NCBI GenBank assembly: GCA_027310185.1
Contig: DAIDBH010000014.1
Location: forward strand, 96,001 to 160,000
Direction: 5' to 3'
DNA: 64,000 bases
Source of the DNA: Thermoplasmatales archaeon
Lineage (GTDB): Archaea; Thermoplasmatota; Thermoplasmata; Thermoplasmatales; Thermoplasmataceae
Shown: positions 30,814 through 40,452 of the stretch, piece after piece
Numbering within the stretch: the stretch's first letter is position 1
Layout of the letters: each line of letters opens with the position of its first letter
Notes under the pieces: generated by a model
The model's input: only the letters and a program-made list of their open reading frames with translations
Told to the model about the DNA's origin: nothing
Databases searched by the model: none
Translations under genes and position numbers: made by a program

Positions 30814-32072
30814 TTTACCGCCTCCATAATTGAAACAGTAACATAAGTACCTGTTCCAGCATGACTGTGGATGAGTCCTCTCTTTGCATTCTTTACCTGA
30901 AGCGCATCATCCTTGAAATGCTTCTTAATGGAATGCTGAAGCTGCCAGAACATAAAAACGGATTGCATTATTCCTGTTGCACCTACTGGATGACCTGAAG
31001 CAAGCAGGCCTCCTGATGGATTTACAGCTACTTTTCCATTCAGGTCAGCCTTTCCTTCTTCCACGAAGTGCCCTCCTTCACCGTATTTGCAGAGACCAAG
31101 ATCCTCATATGTCTGTATTTCAGATGATGTGTATGCATCATGGAGTTCCACGGCATCAATTTCTTCAAGTGGATCAGTAATTCCGGCATTTTTGTATGCT
31201 TCCATTGCTGCTGTCCTGCCTGCTCGGAATGAATGAACACCCGGATACTTCAGATTTCTGTAATCTGATTCTTTCTCGTTTGGAAGAAGTGGCACCTTCA
31301 ACATTGGCCTGTCAGATAAACGCATTGTATCTGTCCCTGTTCCTATACCTGAAATTTTCACCGGGTGATCACACATTTCGAATGCTTTTTCCTCTGATGC
31401 AAGTATTGCAACAGCTGCTCCATCTGACATTGTACATACGTCAAGTCTTGTCAACGGATATGATACCATCTGAGAACTTCTCACATCTTGGACTGTGATC
31501 TTCATTGGACTCTGGGAATAGGGGTTATGCATTGCGTTTCCGTGATTCTTTACAGAGACCTTTGCAAGCTGTTCAACCGTTGTTCCGAATTCGTGCATAT
31601 GTCTTACGGCCATCATGGCATAATAACCTGTGTAGAAACCACCAACAGGATAGTCGAAGTTTGTATCGCTTGCCAGTGCTATGAATTCATTTCCCTTCCA
31701 GGTGTTTACGTGAGACATTGTCTCAAAACCATAAACAGCACATACATCCATTCTTCCTGAAGCCACTTCCTCAACACCTGTTTGAAAAGCCAGTCCACCT
31801 GTTGCACCTCCACCTTCAACCCTCTTGCTTGGCTTGGGCGTAAGTGCCAGATAATCCTGCGCCATTATTCCTGACATTAATTGTCTCTGAAAATGATCAG
31901 AGAAATATGATGCTACAGAGCCGTCAATATCTTTCACGCTGATTCCAATGTCATTCAGGGCATAATCAAAGGCCTTTTTAGTTCTCAGCCTGAAATCCAT
32001 TGCAGGATTAGACTTGGTAAACTTTGTTACCCCTCCTGATACCATATATACATCTCTTCCGCCATTTTTCAT
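30810..32072 (-). CDS. Thiolase-superfamily (SCP2/Ltp2-like) protein lacking the nucleophilic Cys
   Basis: SDGAA, ELHDAYT, VNPSGGLL..GHPVGATG; RVEGGGATGG where RVExACASG is expected. Confidence 0.9.
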   Translation of the reverse strand: MKNGGRDVYMVSGGVTKFTKSNPAMDFRLRTKKAFDYALNDIGISVKDIDGSVASYFSDHFQRQLMSGIMAQDYLALTPKPSKRVEGGGATGGLAFQTGVEEVASGRMDVCAVYGFETMSHVNTWKGNEFIALASDTNFDYPVGGFYTGYYAMMAVRHMHEFGTTVEQLAKVSVKNHGNAMHNPYSQSPMKITVQDVRSSQMVSYPLTRLDVCTMSDGAAVAILASEEKAFEMCDHPVKISGIGTGTDTMRLSDRPMLKVPLLPNEKESDYRNLKYPGVHSFRAGRTAAMEAYKNAGITDPLEEIDAVELHDAYTSSEIQTYEDLGLCKYGEGGHFVEEGKADLNGKVAVNPSGGLLASGHPVGATGIMQSVFMFWQLQHSIKKHFKDDALQVKNAKRGLIHSHAGTGTYVTVSIMEAVK

Positions 32073-32245
32073 ATTTTCACTGTTCTTCCATGATATCGTT
32101 CTATTAAAAAGTTAGTTTGATTTAATTAGCATATCCTATTGATATGGGTTGCTTATATTCATATTGCTTTATATTTAGGTGCTTTGGGACAATATTCTAC
32201 ATAGAAAAAGGTTAAGTTATGAACTAGATATAGTTTTGAGTCAAA

Positions 32246-33685
32246 ATGCAAAGCTCAAAAAAAGGTAGCTCCGTTAAGTGGATTGCCGCCATTGTGGTGG
32301 TTATAGTTATTGTTGCAGGCTTAGGCGTTTTATTATTTGATAAGCCTGCAAAGAAGCAAACGATTAATGTTATGGTAGATAGTGGGAGTATGACTGAATC
32401 ATATCTGAAGGCTGTTGCACTACAGTTTGAGAAAAAGAATCCTGATGTGAGTGTGCAGATTAATTCTGTCGGATATTCAGACATGACAACTACAGCACTG
32501 GCTGCTCTTCAGGGAAAGACATCTCCTCCAAATATATTCATGTATTATGCATCGCAGGCTCCTGCTCTTGCACCATATCTGTATAACCTGAACAGCACTA
32601 CAGGACAGAAATACCTAAACTCAGCAAATTATCTCTCCGGTGACCTGGCGTCTGGTTCATATGCCCCAAATGCAACTGGTAATGGGTATAATTTCATAGG
32701 AATACCAATTCATACAGTTGTCGGTTATATCCTGGTTTACAACAAGACTGTGTTCAATAATGGAACACTCGAAAGAGGATTCTATGATCAGTATCACTAT
32801 AATATAACGCCATCAAAACTGGACAACTGGTCAGCCCTGAATGCCGTATCAAGCTACGTTTCCACTCATACTAAATTCGATGGAAGCAGTAATAAGTATG
32901 CACTCATGTTTCCAGACAGCGCTTCACACTCCATCATAGATACTTTCTACAACCTCTTCTATCCATACGGTCAGGGACAGAGCAAGACCGGGATACCTGC
33001 AGACAGTTCACCCAATTACTGGACCTATTTCGGTTTTCAGAACGGCAAAGTTGTGCCTTCCTATAATAACAGTTATGGTGTACAGGCACTGACTATGTAC
33101 AAGAACCTTACAAGTTACGAGCCAAGTGTAAGTTCACAGCCCATAGGATATGACCAGCAGGAACTATTCTTTGGAACTGGTGATTACGCAATGGGTCTCG
33201 CCTGGTCAAGCTTCATTCCTACATATGAAAACTCATCATCCCTGGTGAGAAATGATCTGGGAATAACTCTCCTTCCTGGAGGTTACACAGGATATTCACC
33301 AACATTCCTTGGCGTAAACCCTTACAGCAAGAACATTACCCTGGATCTAAAATTCCTCCAGTTTGCATCATCATCTTCAGAGTTCTCAATGGGAATAAAG
33401 AACTATTCATACGTTCCGTCCACATACTCCGGCCTATCGTCAGCATCGAAACTATCAAACTTCACCTGGCTCTCACAGGTAAATAACTATTCAAGCACAA
33501 TAAAGGTGGATAAAACATACTCTCAGGTATTCCTTAAGGCATCTCCACTGTTCTCAACACTGATTCCAGATTTCAACGATCAGGTCCTTAACTACCTGGA
33601 AGACAAGACAACAGCTAAAACAGCTTTAAGTACCGCGGCATCAGAATGGGTAAAGGAATTAAACAATCAAGGAATTACCCTGTAA
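32246..33685 (+). CDS. Sugar ABC transporter substrate-binding protein
   Basis: N-terminal membrane anchor, S/T/N/Y-rich with many N-x-S/T sequons, FGTGDYAMGLAW; precedes permease and ATPase. Confidence 0.85.
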   Translation: MQSSKKGSSVKWIAAIVVVIVIVAGLGVLLFDKPAKKQTINVMVDSGSMTESYLKAVALQFEKKNPDVSVQINSVGYSDMTTTALAALQGKTSPPNIFMYYASQAPALAPYLYNLNSTTGQKYLNSANYLSGDLASGSYAPNATGNGYNFIGIPIHTVVGYILVYNKTVFNNGTLERGFYDQYHYNITPSKLDNWSALNAVSSYVSTHTKFDGSSNKYALMFPDSASHSIIDTFYNLFYPYGQGQSKTGIPADSSPNYWTYFGFQNGKVVPSYNNSYGVQALTMYKNLTSYEPSVSSQPIGYDQQELFFGTGDYAMGLAWSSFIPTYENSSSLVRNDLGITLLPGGYTGYSPTFLGVNPYSKNITLDLKFLQFASSSSEFSMGIKNYSYVPSTYSGLSSASKLSNFTWLSQVNNYSSTIKVDKTYSQVFLKASPLFSTLIPDFNDQVLNYLEDKTTAKTALSTAASEWVKELNNQGITL

Positions 33686-33686
33686 C

Positions 33687-35399
33687 ATGTCAAAGTCTTC
33701 GATTAGAAAGCAGGCAATAATTGTTACTTTGCCTGCTCTCATCTATTTTTTTATTTTTGTTCTGTATCCTATTTTTGATAATGTAATAATTTCCTTTGAG
33801 TCTTTCAATTTTGCAGAAGTGGCAACTTTTGTTGGGATTAAGAATTATATAATATTGATTGAAACCCCCCACATGAACCAGCTGGTTGAGAATACAATAA
33901 TTTATACTCTGGCAGTTCCTGTGATAGATGTTTTGCTTGCCATTCCTCTGGCAACGCTGATTAAAAGACTGAATAAGCCATATTTGATTCCACTGATCCT
34001 GCTTCCGTCATTCATTCCGCAGGTGACTTCAGCCAACATATGGCTACTGATGATGAACCCATCCTATGGTATCCCTTACTATATCGGACATCAAAATATC
34101 TTCCTTTCAGCCTGGAGTGTTGTTCTTGTTGATGTTTGGTCCAGCCTTCCACTGGCAACGCTTATAATTTATTCGGGGCTCAAGTCAGTTCCTCCTTCCA
34201 TAGAAGAGGCAACGTCAATGGATGGAATCAGGGGTACAAGGAAACTGATAAACATAGAACTACCATACATCAAGTCAAACATACTTTCTGCCTTTGTTCT
34301 GATGCTTATGTATGGCTCCTTCACTTTCGATCCCATTTATGTGCTCAATACATATTCAAGTCCCTTTGGTATAAACGATCTATCATACTTTGCATACCAG
34401 AATTACTATGGACAGGATATAGGACTCGCTGCTGTTATTATAATAATAGTTTCCGTGCTTTCCTCGCTATTTACAGTAGCATTTGTTTATTTCACCCTGA
34501 GAAAATCCAAGGTAAAAACTTCGAGAGTATGGAAATCTGGCATGAAATACCTGCCAAACATGGAAATTCCAAAAATCCTTGTTTATATCGGGATGGCACT
34601 TTTTATCATATTCCTTATTGGACCTATAGTATTCCTTGGTCTTGACTCCATAAAGCCGTTGTCTGAGATAATAAGTATACCACCAATGTTTTATCCAAAA
34701 CACCTCACCCTATCAAATTATAGAATTGCCATAAATACCGGTATACCTTATTTTACTTCCAGCATTATTGCCTCACTAGTCGCCTCGGCCATAGTTGTAC
34801 TCATAGGTCTTCCTGCAGCATACGTAGCTGCAAGATATAAGCTAGGTGGACTGAAATTCATAGGATTTGTCCTTTTTATTTATTCACTTCCAACAATAAT
34901 TTTCCTGATACCAATGCATAATATTATAGCATCACTTGGACAGCTGAATGAGATAAGTGGACTGATCATTTCCTATCCAGTTTTCATACTGCCGCTGTCC
35001 ATCTGGATGATGTATAACTTTTACCAAAATTTCCCTAAACATGTTGAGGAAGCTGCCAACATGGATGGCATGAATCTCTTCCGAACTCTGAGAAAGATAA
35101 TTGTGCCCTTGAGTTATGATGGGATGTTTGTTACATTCCTCTATGCCTTCATACTGGCATGGGGAGCACTTATATTTCCACTGGCCCTCACATACTCCCC
35201 ATTTAATCTGAGTATCTATTACCCAAATGGCGCACAGACAATTACGATACTTATAGGGGGAGCAATAGGCCACGAAGCAGTCGGATATGGAATGCTTGCA
35301 GCTTCAAGTATATTGAGCATTATTCCCTCTATTATACTGGTTATAATTGTCAGGAACAGAGTGGATAAATTGTGGAGAACCGGAGGTAATGTTAATTGA
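33687..35399 (+). CDS. Sugar ABC transporter fused double permease (MalF+MalG)
   Basis: Two EAA loops (SIEEATSMDG, HVEEAANMDG), about 12 TM helices. Confidence 0.9.
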   Translation: MSKSSIRKQAIIVTLPALIYFFIFVLYPIFDNVIISFESFNFAEVATFVGIKNYIILIETPHMNQLVENTIIYTLAVPVIDVLLAIPLATLIKRLNKPYLIPLILLPSFIPQVTSANIWLLMMNPSYGIPYYIGHQNIFLSAWSVVLVDVWSSLPLATLIIYSGLKSVPPSIEEATSMDGIRGTRKLINIELPYIKSNILSAFVLMLMYGSFTFDPIYVLNTYSSPFGINDLSYFAYQNYYGQDIGLAAVIIIIVSVLSSLFTVAFVYFTLRKSKVKTSRVWKSGMKYLPNMEIPKILVYIGMALFIIFLIGPIVFLGLDSIKPLSEIISIPPMFYPKHLTLSNYRIAINTGIPYFTSSIIASLVASAIVVLIGLPAAYVAARYKLGGLKFIGFVLFIYSLPTIIFLIPMHNIIASLGQLNEISGLIISYPVFILPLSIWMMYNFYQNFPKHVEEAANMDGMNLFRTLRKIIVPLSYDGMFVTFLYAFILAWGALIFPLALTYSPFNLSIYYPNGAQTITILIGGAIGHEAVGYGMLAASSILSIIPSIILVIIVRNRVDKLWRTGGNVN

Positions 35400-36400
35400 G
35401 CGAAATAACGATTGAGAACCTGAAAAAGACGTTTGGAAATTTTACTGCCCTTGATGTTCCAGAGCTTACATTCAATGAGAAGAGTTATCTTACCATACTA
35501 GGTCCGTCAGGATCAGGCAAGACAACTCTTCTCAGGATAATTGCAGGCCTGGAAACCGCTGATAGGGGAACGATGATAGTGGAAGGAAAGGATATATTGA
35601 ACAGTCCACCCTGGAAGAGAAGTATAGGTCTCGTATTCCAGAATTACGCCCTTTATCCCCACCTCAGCGTTTACCAGAATATAGCCACGCCACTCATACA
35701 GCTGAAGATGGATCAGGGAGAAATAGAAAGGAAAATTTCCGAGATCTCAAACATTATGGGGCTTGACGACAAACTGACCAAGTTGCCCAGAGAACTGAGT
35801 GGAGGTCAACAACAGAGGGTTGCTCTAGCGAGAGCAGTCATCAAGAGACCGAATATTCTTCTTCTGGATGAGCCACTTTCCAATCTGGATGCGAAGGTAA
35901 GGGTGGATCTGAGAGATTATCTAAAGAGAATCCAGAGAGAATTTGAACTTACTGCCATACATGTAACACATGATCAGGTCGAGGGAATGGCACTCGGAGA
36001 TAGCATGGTCATAATTCATAAAGGGAAGATTGAACAGACTGGGAATCCAGAGGAGCTTTACAGGCACCCAAAAACAAGGTTTGTTTCTGGCTTTGTAGGA
36101 GAGATCAATATCATTGATGGCAAGACAGCATCCATGCTTACAGGAATGAATATTGACACGGACACGGGAATTAGGTATGAGGATATATTGCCTGACCTTG
36201 CAGGTCCATTTACAGGTAAGGTGGTAGAGAACCAGTTCATGGGATCTAGAAGGATGATAACCTTTCTGTATAACAATGTAAGAATGAGGTGTTTTACTGA
36301 GAGAGATCATCTCAGCAAGCTTCAGGGTGAGATCAAGTTCAGGGTCGCAGGTGAACACCTGATTATCTTCAAGGAACTTGAAGAGGATGAGGAAAATTAA
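35396..36400 (+). CDS. Sugar ABC transporter ATP-binding protein (MalK-like)
   Basis: GPSGSGKT, VFQNYALYPH, LSGGQQQR, LLLDEPLSNLD, HVTHDQ. Confidence 0.95.
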   Translation: MSEITIENLKKTFGNFTALDVPELTFNEKSYLTILGPSGSGKTTLLRIIAGLETADRGTMIVEGKDILNSPPWKRSIGLVFQNYALYPHLSVYQNIATPLIQLKMDQGEIERKISEISNIMGLDDKLTKLPRELSGGQQQRVALARAVIKRPNILLLDEPLSNLDAKVRVDLRDYLKRIQREFELTAIHVTHDQVEGMALGDSMVIIHKGKIEQTGNPEELYRHPKTRFVSGFVGEINIIDGKTASMLTGMNIDTDTGIRYEDILPDLAGPFTGKVVENQFMGSRRMITFLYNNVRMRCFTERDHLSKLQGEIKFRVAGEHLIIFKELEEDEEN

Positions 36401-37059
36401 CCTCTCACGAAATTTTCTATGAACGGGATGGCTTCATCCAGCTTCCTGACTGTGAGATCGGCTCTTGAACTCCTCTGGTAATTCTGGATGAAAACTGTTT
36501 TGAAACCCATTTCCATTGATGGCAGTATATCATTCCTGTAATTATCTCCAATACTCAATACGTCTTCTGGCAATGTATCTTCATCCCTAAGCAGATCATT
36601 CACTATGTTTTTGAACGAATCCGGTTTTTTTGCAGAACAAACTATTCTGTAAAATAGATTTTTTATCCCGAAGTTTTCAAGAAGAGGAATCGCATATTTC
36701 TCTGGAGTATTGGTCAGGAGGATATGCCTTACGTCCCTGAAGTTGAGGATCCTAACGGCAGTGCTCTGCAGGTTAACTGCGATCTTCCCATCATTCATCT
36801 TCTCCCTTGTTCTTGCAAAGCACATGTCCATCTCTTCCTTAGTTACATATCCGCTAGCAAGATTTGCTATAATCGCCCATCCATCATCTCCAATTTCATT
36901 CTTTTTATCGTTGATCACCTGCATGGATTTATCTGCAAACGATTCGTTATCCTTCATCAGGCTTCCAATGCATTTCGCATATTCCCTGTATGACTCTTCT
37001 GAATGATAGATAGTCCCATCAAAGTCCCAGATTATGACTTTTGCAGACTTACTAGACAT
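36397..37059 (-). CDS. HAD-superfamily hydrolase
   Basis: WDFDGTI, LTN, KKP, IGDNYRND. Confidence 0.9.
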   Translation of the reverse strand: MSSKSAKVIIWDFDGTIYHSEESYREYAKCIGSLMKDNESFADKSMQVINDKKNEIGDDGWAIIANLASGYVTKEEMDMCFARTREKMNDGKIAVNLQSTAVRILNFRDVRHILLTNTPEKYAIPLLENFGIKNLFYRIVCSAKKPDSFKNIVNDLLRDEDTLPEDVLSIGDNYRNDILPSMEMGFKTVFIQNYQRSSRADLTVRKLDEAIPFIENFVRG

Positions 37060-37462
37060 AATTTACCATCAACTCTTCCAGTTTTTCCCTTATGTCCATT
37101 GGTATCTCCTTTTTCTTCAGGTTTTCGTCAATCCACACAACAACGGTCTTTCCTTCTGAAAATATTCTTTTGTAATCTTCAGAAATAATCTTGTGACTGA
37201 ATACGCAACTCGTCCTCCCGATCTGTGAGATCCATGTCAGCACTACCGGATCATCCTCAAAATGAATAGGTGCTTTAAAGTCTATCTCAGCGTGATTCAC
37301 AACAAAATTTACATCCCTGGAAATGAAACCTCCCAAATACTGCATGAAGAAATTTGTTCTTCCAAGTTCATAGTAAGTCAGGAATACTGCATTGTTCACG
37401 TGACCCAATGCATCTAAATCGCCGTATCTCATCTGTATCCTGGTGGATTGAATATTCTCCAT
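37052..37462 (-). CDS. Acyl-CoA thioesterase (4HBT/YbgC hotdog fold)
   Basis: DLDALGHVNNAVF, IGRTS; start placed at MENIQ (37462). Confidence 0.92.
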   Translation of the reverse strand: MENIQSTRIQMRYGDLDALGHVNNAVFLTYYELGRTNFFMQYLGGFISRDVNFVVNHAEIDFKAPIHFEDDPVVLTWISQIGRTSCVFSHKIISEDYKRIFSEGKTVVVWIDENLKKKEIPMDIREKLEELMVNYV

Positions 37463-37643
37463 AATCCTGAATTTTCTTAAGCAATATAAGGTAAATGTTC
37501 GAATTGGCTCACTTAAAAACATGCGTACTAATATGGAATAGAAGTGATATTCCTTAAATACCTAACATTTTACTAATAAACATTTTATACAGTAGTGTAA
37601 TCATTCAATAAATAAAATGGATGGAATTTATAAATATTAAGAA

Positions 37644-38159
37644 ATGAACTCAGATGAATTTCAGAGTGTGATGCTTAATTTGGTAACGGGTGAGAAAATG
37701 AAGGATGATAATACTCAGGTTGATGATTATACAAGAATATGGAGAAGCCTTGGAACAATATACAAGCTTATGTACAATGGAATGGACAAGAAATTTGATG
37801 AGGTTGGAAGCAATGTTTTAGAATACAGGATATTAAGGATCCTTGTTGAAACCGGGAAGAAAACCATGGCAAACCTTGCTGATCTGAACTTTGTAACTCA
37901 GGCATGGATTACAGGAATGACTGACAAGATGGAAGAGAAGGGATATGTAAAAAGAGTGAGGTCATCTGATGATAGGAGAGTTATATATGTGGAACTCACT
38001 GAGAAAGGGAAGGAATTCATTGAGAAGATGAGGAAGGTACACGATGATTTCCTGAAGAGTCTTCTTTCCTTTATACCTCCGGAAGATACATCCAAGATGG
38101 CAGATATTATAGAGACCTTCTCTGATGAATTGGGAAAGAGAGTCATCACTTCTTTATAA
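37644..38159 (+). CDS. MarR family transcriptional regulator
   Basis: MEEKGYVKRVRSSDDRRVIYVELTEKG; divergent from thioesterase-HAD. The start may be 37698. Confidence 0.92.
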   Translation: MNSDEFQSVMLNLVTGEKMKDDNTQVDDYTRIWRSLGTIYKLMYNGMDKKFDEVGSNVLEYRILRILVETGKKTMANLADLNFVTQAWITGMTDKMEEKGYVKRVRSSDDRRVIYVELTEKGKEFIEKMRKVHDDFLKSLLSFIPPEDTSKMADIIETFSDELGKRVITSL

Positions 38160-38380
38160 GAAATTTCATATATCCAAGGAACAGGAGAATCACAACGAAG
38201 AAGTTGATGGTGAACTTCTTCTTACTTTTCTTTTCAGGACTTCCTGCAAATGACTCGAGACCGCAACCAATCACCGGCATATGATTATGATCATCTCATC
38301 CTTTAATAAGGAAAAGCCTTAAATGTTAGGTTGCAACACAAATCAAAAGTAATAAATCTCAATTTACAATAGCCATTTAA

Positions 38381-38455
38381 GCTCCAGTAGTGTAGCCAGG
38401 CCAAGCATAAGAGGCTCTCAATCTCTCGACTCGGGTTCAAATCCCGACTGGAGCA
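38381..38455 (+). tRNA. tRNA-Glu (CTC)
   Basis: GCTCCAG TAGTGTAGCCAGGCCAAGCAT A AGAGG CTCTCAA TCTCT CGAC TCGGGTTCAAATCCCGA CTGGAGC A; anticodon CTC. Confidence 0.95.
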
Positions 38456-38512
38456 TGTTTTAAAAAGATACAATTTTCTATGTAGTCAAGATTAAGAAGA
38501 TTCTTGAAGCTC

Positions 38513-39508
38513 TTAAATTGCTTCGTGGTTGTCTGGAACAGATTGCTTGTAGAATTCACCCAACCCAATTGCAGATACAACAAGATTTTTGTGATTCGAT
38601 CTCTTAGGGAGGCTCCAGTGTCTCTTCAACCCTGCAAGAAAGACGGAAGAAAGATTTCTGTCCACAATATAAAAATTTGTGACGATATCATTTCTGACCT
38701 CCGCTTCATAAAAGAGCGCGCCGTAGTAATTGCTTACAACCTCTGTATTAAAATCATGAAAAAAGTTTGTTTCTGTGTCAATTTCCATCACCATATTTGA
38801 ATCATTAAAATTCATTAATTTATATTTGCCCTTTATTTCTGTCCTGGCCAATTTGAAGATGAGGGTGTCATGTGGGCCATTGGTGAAATAATTTGGTATA
38901 AACTTTCCCTCGTTCTGGAAGACTCCACTATTCTCAATTTGAACGTTTTGTGAATTCATATGCCATTCTGTTTTTATAACGAAAAGATCATTTAAGTTCC
39001 CTCCAAAATCCAGGAAAAGTTTCAGTATATATGGAATGCTTTCGTTCTGTCCGCCAAGGTATACTAATTCCACATCCTGCACATGAGATTCAATGAATTC
39101 AAGAATAAGCCTGGAAAAGGCTTCCCTGTCATCATTAATAAATTCAACATGAATGTATGCATCCTGAGAGTGTGATAGTATACATGGATTTACCCTGGAC
39201 CATTTCAGTTCATTCAGCTTGTTTAACACAGGAAGGAGATCATCTTCAACCCTTATCTGCAAAAAAGTATCGTCTATGATCTTCATCCCTCTTCTCTTAA
39301 ACTCAGGATCTTTTTCAAGATTTAACTTATCAATGTCTGTTAATTTTCTTTCCAGATTCCTGTATACAAAGTATTCCTCGTTTTCCTTGCTGAGGAAGAA
39401 GAACGAGTTTTCCAGCATCATTTTCCTGTTCATCAATGGCAATTCACGTGGGAACCTGCCCTTAATTCTTATTATAGCGCACTGATCAAGGACTTCTGAA
39501 CTCCACAT
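38513..39508 (-). CDS. Hypothetical protein (331 aa, soluble)
   Basis: Long ORF with a TATA-like TTTATA about 25 nt upstream; no recognisable motif. Confidence 0.75.
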   Translation of the reverse strand: MWSSEVLDQCAIIRIKGRFPRELPLMNRKMMLENSFFFLSKENEEYFVYRNLERKLTDIDKLNLEKDPEFKRRGMKIIDDTFLQIRVEDDLLPVLNKLNELKWSRVNPCILSHSQDAYIHVEFINDDREAFSRLILEFIESHVQDVELVYLGGQNESIPYILKLFLDFGGNLNDLFVIKTEWHMNSQNVQIENSGVFQNEGKFIPNYFTNGPHDTLIFKLARTEIKGKYKLMNFNDSNMVMEIDTETNFFHDFNTEVVSNYYGALFYEAEVRNDIVTNFYIVDRNLSSVFLAGLKRHWSLPKRSNHKNLVVSAIGLGEFYKQSVPDNHEAI

Positions 39509-39998
39509 GGGAAAGGCATTTGCTAGTCAGTATAAAAATTTTAGTATATTTTTTTAAATCATAATATAGTATATAGTTTTGGGGAAGACGACTTTTTAAT
39601 GAATGTTGAAAAAGCATGTGAAATCAATTGCTGCTGAGGACAGTTTGGCGATTATAGGTGATCATTGCTATTTATTCTGTTTAGTCTTTTTCATGGTGGT
39701 GACTCTACAATTTACAGAACCGTCTTAAAATTGGCACAGTTAATGAAACGTTCCATTTCCAAAAAATAAAACGATCCATTTTCCCACCCCATATAACCCG
39801 TTTCCGAACTTATGCACCTGGATATGTGGATTTATTCTCTTAAGTTTTTCAAGTTGTCCTGAATTTAATGTATCACCAAAGTTGAATATAAAATGCCATT
39901 GATGCCCATAGCGTTTCTTTCAGGCTATATTATACTCACTGTATAGAGGTAGCATCAAGGTTTTCCATTCATTAAATATGAATTCAGAGATTTTTTTC

Positions 39999-40325
39999 TT
40001 ATTTATTATTCTTTGTTGTTTTCCCTTTTGTGCCACTTGCAGGTTTCTTCATTGGCGTGCTTCCCTTGGCCACCTTCCTCGCAACTACTCTTTTGATGCC
40101 AAGCTGTTTCATCAATTCATCTACAGTCTTTGCGTCAGAGATTTTGTTAGCGGCATCAGGTTCTCCGATATAGAGAAGCCAGCTTTTAAGGTGCCCTTCC
40201 TTCAGATGATATTCCACACATAGTGGATCCTCTTTAGACAGTCTAGCTATTTCGCTCTTGAGTTCATTTAAATTTGAAGCAGAGCCAACTTCAACTCCGT
40301 AACTCTTGAAGTAAAACTTATCCAT
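39999..40325 (-). CDS. Hypothetical protein (DUF5752-like helical domain) with Lys-rich tail
   Basis: FYFKSY...VEYHLKEGHLKSWL resembles small proteins of acidophilic archaea; tail VARKVAKGSTPMKKPASGTKGKTTKNNK. Confidence 0.7.
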   Translation of the reverse strand: MDKFYFKSYGVEVGSASNLNELKSEIARLSKEDPLCVEYHLKEGHLKSWLLYIGEPDAANKISDAKTVDELMKQLGIKRVVARKVAKGSTPMKKPASGTKGKTTKNNK

Positions 40326-40343
40326 ATATAATAAATGATGGAA

Positions 40344-40371
40344 AGCATTTAAACGTTAGCATTTAAACGTT
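40344..40371. repeat. Perfect 14-bp tandem duplication AGCATTTAAACGTT x2 containing a TATA-like TTTAAA
   Basis: 40344-40357 and 40358-40371 are identical; they lie 19-46 nt upstream of the 108-aa gene. Confidence 0.9.
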
Positions 40372-40452
40372 ACTACCAGCAATGAAGCAATATTATCAGT
40401 AATGGTCTAAGGTTTGAGAGAATATAAATAATGAGATTGATTATTTATAATC

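Noticed and set aside
39746-39784. TTCCATTTCC repeats as origin recognition boxes
   Set aside because: Poor match to the ORB consensus, and no cdc6/orc1 gene in the window.
38381-40450. Integrated element at tRNA-Glu (likewise at tRNA-Arg)
   Set aside because: No integrase, no duplicated tRNA 3' end and no mobile-element genes were seen.
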